Below are positions 33,822-41,932 of a DNA stretch of 41,932 bases, piece by piece. The notes beneath the pieces were generated by a model. That model had not been told where the DNA came from, did not search any database, and saw nothing but the letters and a program-made list of their open reading frames with translations. The stretch's first letter is position 1; each line of letters begins with the position of its first letter. The translations under genes were made by a program, and so were the position numbers. The DNA lies in contig CAXFLH010000002.1 in NCBI GenBank assembly GCA_964003875.1, positions 1 to 41,932 of the forward strand, given 5' to 3'. The DNA is from an uncultured Flavobacteriales bacterium (GTDB lineage Bacteria > Bacteroidota > Bacteroidia > Flavobacteriales > UBA7312).

Positions 33822-34751
33822 ATGAAAATATTAGTTATTCGACTCAGCTCAATTGGCGATATTGTCCTTACGTCACCAGTGGTCAGAATATTGAAAAAAC
33901 AACTCAATGCTGAGGTTCATTTTTTAACAAAAAGCAATTTTTCTTCTTGGCTATCTCACAATCCTTACATTGATGAGATTCATCATTATGAAGAAGGAAC
34001 GGACAAACTTAAAACACTGAATTTTGACCTAATTGTAGATTTGCACCACAATATGCGTAGCCTAGCAATCAGACGTGCTTTGAAAGTACCTTCTAAAAGT
34101 GTCGATAAATTAAATATTAAAAAGTTCTTGCTGACGACTTTCAAATGGAACCTCATGCCTCCCATTCATATGGTAGATAGAAATGTAGCGACCATAGAAC
34201 ATTTGGGTATAAAAAACGACATGCAAGGACTCGACTTTTTTATTCCTGATACAGAAAGTTTACCACAGGAATTTCAAATGAAAACGCCTTTTGTAGCTGT
34301 AGTAATTGGCGGTCAGCATGCTACCAAAATTTTGCCTACTTATAAACTTATTGAGTTGTGTCAACAGCTCAATCGCCCTTTTGTATTGGTAGGTGGTCCA
34401 GAAGATGCCGAAAGGGGAGAAGAAATAATAAAAGCCACCTCACAAGGTCTAAATGCTTGCGGTAAACTTTCTTTGACTCAGTCAGCTCTCTTAGTTAAAG
34501 GTGCTGACTTTGTGGTCTCTCACGATACGGGTATGATGCACATATCGGCTGCTTTAAAAAAGAAAATCTATTCGGTTTGGGGCAATACAGCACCAGCTTT
34601 TGGTATGGTGCCTTATCTTCCTGACCCAGAATCCGTAATGGTAGAAAACAAAGAATTAGGATGTCGTCCTTGTTCTAAGATAGGTTATGCCAAATGCCCA
34701 CGTGGACATTTTAAATGTATGACAGAAATAGATTTAAGTCCTATTAAGTAA
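33822..34751 (+). CDS. Glycosyltransferase family 9 (heptosyltransferase-like) protein
   Basis: The N-terminal MKILVIRLSSIGDIVLTSPV is the typical GT9 start. VVSHDTGMMHISAAL is the conserved C-terminal GT9 block. I prefer the ATG at 33822 to the GTG at 33810 used by the track. Confidence 0.8.
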   Translation: MKILVIRLSSIGDIVLTSPVVRILKKQLNAEVHFLTKSNFSSWLSHNPYIDEIHHYEEGTDKLKTLNFDLIVDLHHNMRSLAIRRALKVPSKSVDKLNIKKFLLTTFKWNLMPPIHMVDRNVATIEHLGIKNDMQGLDFFIPDTESLPQEFQMKTPFVAVVIGGQHATKILPTYKLIELCQQLNRPFVLVGGPEDAERGEEIIKATSQGLNACGKLSLTQSALLVKGADFVVSHDTGMMHISAALKKKIYSVWGNTAPAFGMVPYLPDPESVMVENKELGCRPCSKIGYAKCPRGHFKCMTEIDLSPIK

Positions 34752-35253
34752 ATAAGGCTTTCAGCTCAGTAGCATCTTCTGGTTTTAGTCTACCAGAAAG
34801 GATTAAGCTCAATTGACGTCTTCTTAATGCCCCGTCATAACGGTCTTTTTCCAAATCAGACTCGGCCGTGATAGATGGTACAGAAATAGGATTGCCTAAT
34901 TGGTCAACAGCTACAAAGGTGTAGATAGCCTCATTACACTTCACTCGTCCTTTAGTCGTTTGGTTTTCCATCCAAACATCTACAAATACTTCCATTGACG
35001 ATTTGAAAGCTCGTGAAACTTTAGCTTCAAGAGTTACAATACTAGCTCTAGGGATAGGCTTTTCAAAAGATACATTATTCACAGAGGCCGTTACTACAAT
35101 TCGCCCACAATGGCGGTGTGCAGATATGGCAGCAGCTATATCCATCCAATGTAAAAGACGACCACCCATAAGGTTATCCAAATTGTTGGTGTCGTTAGGA
35201 AGTACCATCTCAGTAAGAGTGGCTAAACTTTGTAAAGGTGTTTTGGAAGACAT
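34744..35253 (-). CDS. Acyl-CoA thioesterase (hotdog fold, YciA-like)
   Basis: 169 aa. PNDTNNLDNLMGGRLLHWMDIAAAISA matches the acyl-CoA thioester hydrolase hotdog signature. Confidence 0.8.
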   Translation of the reverse strand: MSSKTPLQSLATLTEMVLPNDTNNLDNLMGGRLLHWMDIAAAISAHRHCGRIVVTASVNNVSFEKPIPRASIVTLEAKVSRAFKSSMEVFVDVWMENQTTKGRVKCNEAIYTFVAVDQLGNPISVPSITAESDLEKDRYDGALRRRQLSLILSGRLKPEDATELKALFT

Positions 35254-35257
35254 TGTT

Positions 35258-36238
35258 TTAGTTTAGTGATAAAAGCCAAGCTGAAGGATTGATCTTTTTT
35301 ATTTTTCGTAGTTCCGACAAAGCTTCTGAAGAATTGCTAAAGCCATCGTAACATACTCTGTAAAGCCCTGAATGGCTTTGGTTAACTATTTTAGAGTTGC
35401 CAAAGTTGGCACCCTTTAGTTTTGCGATCATTTTTTTGGCATTTTTCTCGGATGAAAAAGCACCAGCAATGATGAAGTGTTTGTCTAAGTCAATAGGTGT
35501 AGTGACCATATTGTCTTTAGCCTCATAAAAGGATATTACTGCCTGTTCAATATCATTGGTTGGGCTTTCAATATCAAATTTAGCTAGACTATATGATTTT
35601 TTTGTTTCTAAAGTTTCTGTGGTTGATGAAGAAAAAGGTGAAAGGTTGGCATAAGTGGTTTGTATCTTCTCTTTATTGCTAATGCCTAAAGCACTTAGCA
35701 TAAATAGTGGTATAAGAACAGCAGCAGCTTTCAACCAAACCTTCTTATTATTAGGAAGGTGTTTCTTGTCTATGTGCTTTATTTTTTCTTCAAATTGTTC
35801 TTGTACAGAAGTTCTTTGTATAGCTGGATATTGTACTGTACTAAGTCCAAAGCTGTCTAGCAAATGATTGCGTGAGTTGGACTGAACAAATAAGATATTA
35901 CCTTCAGAAGTGTACAATAATGTACCAACTTCTTCGATGAAAACCTTTTTATATAACTTTAAGGATTCTTTCAAGTCTAGGACATATTTGTCCAATTCTT
36001 TTTTAGCTTGTTTGAAAGTCAATCCTTCACAAGATGCAATTTCATTAATAAGTAATCCGTCGTTATTTTGTAAGCTTTTGTTGAAAACAATGCTCTTTTT
36101 AGGAGCGTACATAAAGTGCGAACGACTATCTATTAGTGCCGATTCATAGTTTGCAACAAAACCTCCAAAGTCTGGAATTACTACGCAATTGTGTTCACAC
36201 AACAGGAATGAAATGTGCTTGTTAATTTTTGTTTTCAT
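35258..36238 (-). CDS. HU-CCDC81-like N-terminal domain / SPOR C-terminal domain protein
   Basis: 326 aa. The N-terminal LLCEHNCVVIPDFGGFVANY is the HU_CCDC81_bac pattern. A central TM helix follows. The C-terminal FIIAGAFSSEKNAKKMIAKLK...GLYRVCYDGFSNSSEA is a SPOR repeat. Confidence 0.75.
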   Translation of the reverse strand: MKTKINKHISFLLCEHNCVVIPDFGGFVANYESALIDSRSHFMYAPKKSIVFNKSLQNNDGLLINEIASCEGLTFKQAKKELDKYVLDLKESLKLYKKVFIEEVGTLLYTSEGNILFVQSNSRNHLLDSFGLSTVQYPAIQRTSVQEQFEEKIKHIDKKHLPNNKKVWLKAAAVLIPLFMLSALGISNKEKIQTTYANLSPFSSSTTETLETKKSYSLAKFDIESPTNDIEQAVISFYEAKDNMVTTPIDLDKHFIIAGAFSSEKNAKKMIAKLKGANFGNSKIVNQSHSGLYRVCYDGFSNSSEALSELRKIKKINPSAWLLSLN

Positions 36239-36259
36239 TGTAATGCTAAAGTATCAAAA

Positions 36260-36979
36260 TCAGTTACTGTCCCCAAATCTTTCAATAATTTTTTTCAAAT
36301 CTTCGGGAGTATCTACAGAATAGGAGTCGAAGGGCGTTTCTAAAATTAGTATGTCATATCCATTTTGTAGCCACCTCCATTGTTCTAATTTATGTTTAAT
36401 TTCTAGAGAAGACGGCTTTAAAGCACAAACTTTTTCTAATACATTAAAACGGTATGCATAGATGCCAACATGTTTGTAAAAAATACCGTCTTCAAACGGT
36501 GAATTAATCACTCTATCAAAGGAAATAGCCTTTTTATTGTCGTCAAATTTGACTTTTGGCTTACTATTATCGACTAATGTGTCTGCTTTTTCTATGCGTT
36601 TGCATAGAGTAATTATACCGATTTCCTTGTCGGTAAAAGCTGCAATGAGTTGATTGATTTGTTGGGGCTCTATAAAGGGTTCGTCACCTTGTATGTTGAT
36701 GATAATATCATTGACATTTGCAATCTTTTGAGCTACTTCTAGGCATCTATCTGTGCCACTAATATGCTCAGATGAGGTCATCATAACTTCTCCATTAAAG
36801 GAAAGTACCTCATCCGCAATGCGTTTATCGTCGGTAGCAACTATAACCTTTTCTAATTCTGATTGTTTAGCTTGTTCATACACACGACATATCATGCTTT
36901 TACCTAAAATGTTTTTCAGGGGCTTTCCAGGAAAACGATTTGAGTCGTAGCGAGAAGGTATAATGCCAATTACTGTCAT
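36260..36979 (-). CDS. kdsB: 3-deoxy-manno-octulosonate cytidylyltransferase
   Basis: 239 aa. IIPSRYDSNRFPGKPL, ATDD and NIQGDEP are KdsB signature blocks. There is an ATGA overlap with the stop of the upstream TonB-dependent receptor gene. Confidence 0.9.
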   Translation of the reverse strand: MTVIGIIPSRYDSNRFPGKPLKNILGKSMICRVYEQAKQSELEKVIVATDDKRIADEVLSFNGEVMMTSSEHISGTDRCLEVAQKIANVNDIIINIQGDEPFIEPQQINQLIAAFTDKEIGIITLCKRIEKADTLVDNSKPKVKFDDNKKAISFDRVINSPFEDGIFYKHVGIYAYRFNVLEKVCALKPSSLEIKHKLEQWRWLQNGYDILILETPFDSYSVDTPEDLKKIIERFGDSN

Positions 36980-39330
36980 ATAGAAATACCAAATTTGAGT
37001 GATACAGTTCGTGGCGCCATCATATTAGCTGGACGAGTCTGATATTCTCTATTGAATAAATTATTGATGATTAAAGATAGTGAAGTTGTTTGGTTTAACT
37101 CACAAATAATTCTAGTATCTACAATAAAGTCCCCATCAGCAAGATTTTCTCTAGATTCAGGAATGCCGGGCACTAAAGTTTCAAAGAAAGGGTCAACGAA
37201 TATTTTATCCACGTTTAGCATAAAGCTATTGTACCTAAAGCTCGTTCCAAATGACCAACTTCCTGTTTTATATTCCATATCCAATTTGGCAACGTGCTTA
37301 TGTCTATATTTTAAAAATAGAGAGCTTGAATCCAATGAGCTGGTATTATAATAGTTCAATTCGTTGCCATTAATATCTTCACCATAAGGGATTTCTGGAT
37401 TTAGGGGTATCGCATCGATATAGGTGTATCCTCCTAAAAGTATCAGTTCATTTTTTCCTACTTTACCACCTGCGCTTAAAGAAAATTCAATACCAGAAAT
37501 TCTAGTGTCGCCGATGTTTATGGACTTAAAGCCGATACCTAAACTATTAGCTGTTGTTTGCTGCCACTGACCAAAGCTAAATTCCATCATATTTTCGTAT
37601 TCCATAATGAATCCAGCGATATCTAGGAACCCACCCCAATTACCTATTTTGAAACCTTGTTTTATGGCAAGTTCGGAGCTCCAACCAGACTCAGGCTTAA
37701 GTTCAGGATTTTGATAAACATAGATGCCGCTAGTCACCTCAGTTTCTATAAATAGTTCGGCAATACTAGGGAAACGATAGCCTTGCCCCCATGACGACCT
37801 CAAAAAAGTGCCTTCTGCCAATTGATAGTTGATACCTGCTCTAAAAACAGGTTTAGCGGCTTTGAAGGAATTAATACTATCACCTGCTATTTCATATAAT
37901 TCACTTGTTTTCAGCATAAATTGCTCATATCTAGCACCTAGAGAAAGGTTAATCCTTTTTCCTAGTTTTTTGTCCAATTGAGTAAACACAGCATTATTAA
38001 GTCTGTAGTTAGTACCATTAAATAACTCAGCAACAGCATCTACATATTCATTCATTAGACCTGAAGTCCAATTAATTCCGAGAGATTCAAGGTTTTTTTG
38101 GTATTGATATTCAGCATAATATGTAGTGGATTGATTGTCTTGTCCATCCGGATCGTCTTTTGTTTCATTATCGTTAATAACTTTCATATAACGCGTTCTT
38201 AATCTATGCTTGTCTCCGCTTTTAGGGTTTACATAAGTTATGAATGGGTCTATGTTATAGACATCTCCACTCGTCTTAGTTACAGAGCTATCTAAGGGAA
38301 TATAAGCCGATTCATAACTTTCCCAAATTAGTGCTGATGCGGTTTCATTAAACAAAAAATTAGCATTAATTCCATAGGAAAGACCTTCTACTTTTGGATT
38401 CCTGTAGCGGGTGTTGAAGTTAACTCTTTTTCTTGACGTTTCCTCTTTATATCTATACCCTTGGTCTTCTAAGAAAAACCCACCCAAGACGAGGTCAAGA
38501 TGGCCAATTTTTTGTTTGTGTAAAAAATCCATTCCATAGACTTTTCTTTTATTGTCGCCCCACCAATTAAGACTTTTACGCTTAGCGTTGGCGTATTTGC
38601 CGTTATGAAAATTAATTTTAGTTTCCGGTTTGTCGGTGGGGTAAGCTGTTCTAATATTTATAACGCCATTTAAAGCCGAAGAGCCATACAAAGCTGATGT
38701 TGCTCCTTTAATGATTTCTACTTGGTTGATATTTTCTGTAGAAATCAAACTCCATTGAGCCTGACCAGCATCACCTGAGATTAGTGGCATATCATCAACC
38801 AATACTTGTACACGTGTTCCAGCACCATAACTCCAACCGCTACCACCTCTTATATTGGCTTGACCATCGGTTATATTTACACCTGGTACTTGGTCAATTG
38901 CAGTTTGAATATTGGTAGTGTTTTTATTAGAAATCAAATTTGGCTTTATTACCTCAATAGAAACGGTGGTTTCTTCAATACGTTGTTCAAATTTTCCTGC
39001 CGAAACAACTACCGTTTCAATGAGTTCAGCATCTTCACTCATTTCTATTTCAATTCGTTTACTTTCTCCATTTGATAGCGTGAAATTTATTTTCTCTTCC
39101 TTGTAGCCAATGAATTTAAAAACCATCTCATGAGTACCTTCAGAAGTGCCGACGCTAAAATTTCCATCAAAATCTGACGATGCTATACCCTTTCCATCAA
39201 GCAGTATATTTACGCCTATTAATGTTTCATTAGTCAATTTATCCGTAATACGCCCACTAATTTCCTGTCCCTTAGATTTCAAAAATGTAAATGCAGTAAA
39301 TAACAAAGCTAAAGACCAAAAATATTTCAT
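36976..39330 (-). CDS. TonB-dependent receptor with an N-terminal carboxypeptidase-regulatory-like domain
   Basis: 784 aa. A signal peptide is followed by a CarbopepD_reg-like domain (ISGRITDKLTNETLIGVNILLDG). The plug domain has IEVIKG..SALYGSSALNGVINI. The beta-barrel has a C-terminal aromatic-rich end. Confidence 0.9.
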   Translation of the reverse strand: MKYFWSLALLFTAFTFLKSKGQEISGRITDKLTNETLIGVNILLDGKGIASSDFDGNFSVGTSEGTHEMVFKFIGYKEEKINFTLSNGESKRIEIEMSEDAELIETVVVSAGKFEQRIEETTVSIEVIKPNLISNKNTTNIQTAIDQVPGVNITDGQANIRGGSGWSYGAGTRVQVLVDDMPLISGDAGQAQWSLISTENINQVEIIKGATSALYGSSALNGVINIRTAYPTDKPETKINFHNGKYANAKRKSLNWWGDNKRKVYGMDFLHKQKIGHLDLVLGGFFLEDQGYRYKEETSRKRVNFNTRYRNPKVEGLSYGINANFLFNETASALIWESYESAYIPLDSSVTKTSGDVYNIDPFITYVNPKSGDKHRLRTRYMKVINDNETKDDPDGQDNQSTTYYAEYQYQKNLESLGINWTSGLMNEYVDAVAELFNGTNYRLNNAVFTQLDKKLGKRINLSLGARYEQFMLKTSELYEIAGDSINSFKAAKPVFRAGINYQLAEGTFLRSSWGQGYRFPSIAELFIETEVTSGIYVYQNPELKPESGWSSELAIKQGFKIGNWGGFLDIAGFIMEYENMMEFSFGQWQQTTANSLGIGFKSINIGDTRISGIEFSLSAGGKVGKNELILLGGYTYIDAIPLNPEIPYGEDINGNELNYYNTSSLDSSSLFLKYRHKHVAKLDMEYKTGSWSFGTSFRYNSFMLNVDKIFVDPFFETLVPGIPESRENLADGDFIVDTRIICELNQTTSLSLIINNLFNREYQTRPANMMAPRTVSLKFGISI

Positions 39331-39343
39331 AAATTATATTGTT

Positions 39344-39351
39344 TAGTTTTG
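39344..39351 (+). promoter_or_regulatory. Candidate -7 box (TAGTTTTG) upstream of the dprA remnant
   Basis: Matches TAnnTTTG 20 nt upstream of the ATG at 39372. Confidence 0.35.
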
Positions 39352-39358
39352 CAAAGTA

Positions 39359-39366
39359 CAAATTTA
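39359..39366 (-). promoter_or_regulatory. Candidate -7 box (TAAATTTG) for the TonB-dependent receptor operon
   Basis: The reverse complement of CAAATTTA matches TAnnTTTG, 28 nt upstream of the ATG at 39330. Confidence 0.4.
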
Positions 39367-39371
39367 ATATC

Positions 39372-39983
39372 ATGTCACAAGAGCTTATATTCCAATTTGC
39401 TCTTTCACTTGTTAAGGGTCTAGGGATTATTACTTCTAAGAAATTAATAGCTTATTGTGGTGGTCCTTAAACTGTCTTTAAAGAGAAAATCGCCAACCTA
39501 TAAAATACCATCTATTGGGTGTATTTTAGCCAAAGAGATACAAAATCCAAAAGTATTGAGTAGATCCGAAGAACAGATGATATATATTCAAGGGCATAGA
39601 ATTTCCATTTTACTTATTCGGATTCAGACTACCTTATACAACTAAAGTAATGCACTGATGCCCCCATATTTTATTGTTTTCTAAGGGTAATAGACTAAAG
39701 TATTAAACGCATTATCAGCGTTGTAGGAACTCGTAAGGCAAGTTCGTCCGAGCTTTCAGTCGGTATATATACAAATAAGAATTTTCTTTTTAGTGTTTGC
39801 CTACAACCTGCGAAGGACTTATTGCATATTGAATTAATGAAAGCAAATAGCCCAATGAATCTTCAATTATTTGATATTTCAGGTTAATTATTTTGGGTAA
39901 AGGACCTAAATTCCAATAACGAAATCGCCATAAATCTTATTACGAAGAATTATGCTCGTGGACCTTATTTCTTTAAATTTTAA
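39372..39983 (+). pseudogene. dprA: Decayed DNA-processing protein A (DprA/Smf) gene with multiple in-frame stops, frameshifts and an internal deletion
   Basis: Hand translation gives MSQELIFQFALSLVKGLGIITSKKLIAYCGGP-stop(39468-70)-TVFKEKIANL-stop(39501-03). After a shift to the next frame it reads YKIPSIGCILAKEIQNPKVLSRSEEQMIYIQGHRISIL. Back in the first frame it reads DSDYLIQLK-stop(39648-50)-CTDAP, with KGN in the third frame, then KRIISVVGTRKAS (39711-39743). These follow the order of conserved DprA blocks (L.L..GIG...KLI..CGS.E.VF; KIPGIG; AE.E..FI.K..I; DYP..LK.C.DAP; KGN; ISVVGTRKAS). A tentative C-terminal remnant, NLITKNYA (39933-39956), resembles GCN.LIK.N.A. The secure extent ends near 39750, and the 3' limit is tentative. 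The total span is far shorter than an intact dprA. Confidence 0.65.
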
Positions 39984-40121
39984 AGCTTTCAATTCAATTG
40001 TATCGAGAAAGTTGTCCTAAACTTAGTTTAGTGTATAATTTACACGATAGATAAGGTTAAAAGTGTTTTTTCGAGTACCTTAAAATTTTCAAAAAAAAAT
40101 CATTTGAATATCGAAAAATTA

Positions 40122-40129
40122 TACATTTG
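40122..40129 (+). promoter_or_regulatory. Candidate -7 box (TACATTTG) for gdhA
   Basis: Matches TAnnTTTG 22 nt upstream of the ATG at 40152. A TTTG at 40103-40106 could serve as the -33 element, although the spacing is somewhat short. Confidence 0.45.
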
Positions 40130-40148
40130 TTGGAGTATAAATAACTAA

Positions 40149-41501
<1,353 letters not shown>

Positions 41502-41522
41502 ATTGGAAAAATAATTCTTAGT

Positions 41523-41547
41523 AAAGAGGGAGGAGACTCCCTTTTTC
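41523..41547 (+). terminator. Intrinsic terminator after gdhA
   Basis: AGGGAG-GAGA-CTCCCT forms a hairpin that is extendable by A-T pairs. It is followed by TTTTT and lies about 22 nt after the gdhA stop. Confidence 0.65.
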
Positions 41548-41571
41548 TATTCTTAAAATAATTAAAATAGT

Positions 41572-41932
41572 ATGTACGGTAAATTAAAAAATCAATTAGC
41601 AAAAGAACTGAATTCGATTAAGGAATCAGGGCTGTACAAAAATGAGAGAACCATAGTCACTGCACAAGGAGCTGATATTCGTGTTAGTAGTGGTGATGAA
41701 GTTATTAATTTTTGTGCCAATAATTATTTAGGACTATCTTCACACCCTAGAGTAATTCAGGCTGCAAAAGATAGTTTGGATACTCATGGTTTTGGCTTAT
41801 CTTCAGTGAGGTTTATCTGCGGCACACAAGACATCCATAAGACTTTAGAGCATACATTAGCTGAGTTTTTAGGAATGGAAGACACTATTCTTTATGCTGC
41901 AGCTTTTGATGCAAATGGAGGCGTATTTGAGC
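41572..41932 (+). CDS. kbl: Glycine C-acetyltransferase (2-amino-3-ketobutyrate CoA ligase), N-terminal part; the 3' end lies outside the window
   Basis: The frame is open from the ATG at 41572 to the window edge. [24 protein letters not shown]...[50 protein letters not shown] matches the Kbl/alpha-oxoamine synthase N-terminus. Confidence 0.85.
   Translation, partial: MYGKLKNQLAKELNSIKESGLYKNERTIVTAQGADIRVSSGDEVINFCANNYLGLSSHPRVIQAAKDSLDTHGFGLSSVRFICGTQDIHKTLEHTLAEFLGMEDTILYAAAFDANGGVFE

Noticed and set aside
39457-39645. 62-aa ORF that could be annotated as a small hypothetical protein.
   Set aside because: Its central part (YKIPSIGCILAKEIQ...SEEQMIYIQGHRISIL) is just one reading frame of the decayed dprA gene. 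It is part of the pseudogene, not an independent gene.

Overview
This window looks like an ordinary, tightly packed core chromosomal region from an AT-rich member of Bacteroidota, probably Flavobacteriia or a close relative. GC content was not computed. The phylum call rests on five observations: T9SS type A and type B C-terminal sorting domains, a PorP/SprF gene, ftsX-DUF3098-uppP-truB synteny, repeated TAnnTTTG (-7 box) promoter motifs, and no Shine-Dalgarno sequences upstream of start codons. I can support about 36 intact protein genes, one tRNA-Ser(GGA) and two decayed genes. The intact genes are mostly housekeeping: ispD, queA, truB, uppP, ftsX, leuS, ispG, rbfA, rluF, dusB, ansA, tatD, kdsB, gdhA and kbl. 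There is also an ExbB/ExbD cluster, a TonB-dependent receptor, a T9SS type B cargo with PorP/SprF and OmpA-like partners, and a PNGase F-like T9SS cargo. I found no CRISPR array, transposase, integrase, prophage, toxin-antitoxin pair, restriction or defence genes, or biosynthetic cluster. I do not see a convincing undescribed multi-gene system here, and I prefer to say so rather than invent one. Four things deserve a second look. (1) An in-frame chimera joins the 5' end of rlmN to the 3' third of an M20 peptidase gene (455-1240). (2) A perfect 39-bp palindrome (1238-1276) fills the whole divergent intergenic region next to that chimera, includes both start codons, and carries two back-to-back -7 boxes. 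(3) A multiply disrupted dprA remnant (39372 to about 39983) is followed by a long AT-rich spacer before gdhA. (4) Five genes have a -7 box only 4-5 nt from the ATG, which predicts leaderless mRNAs. All family assignments come from reading the translations and recalling motifs; no database search was run.
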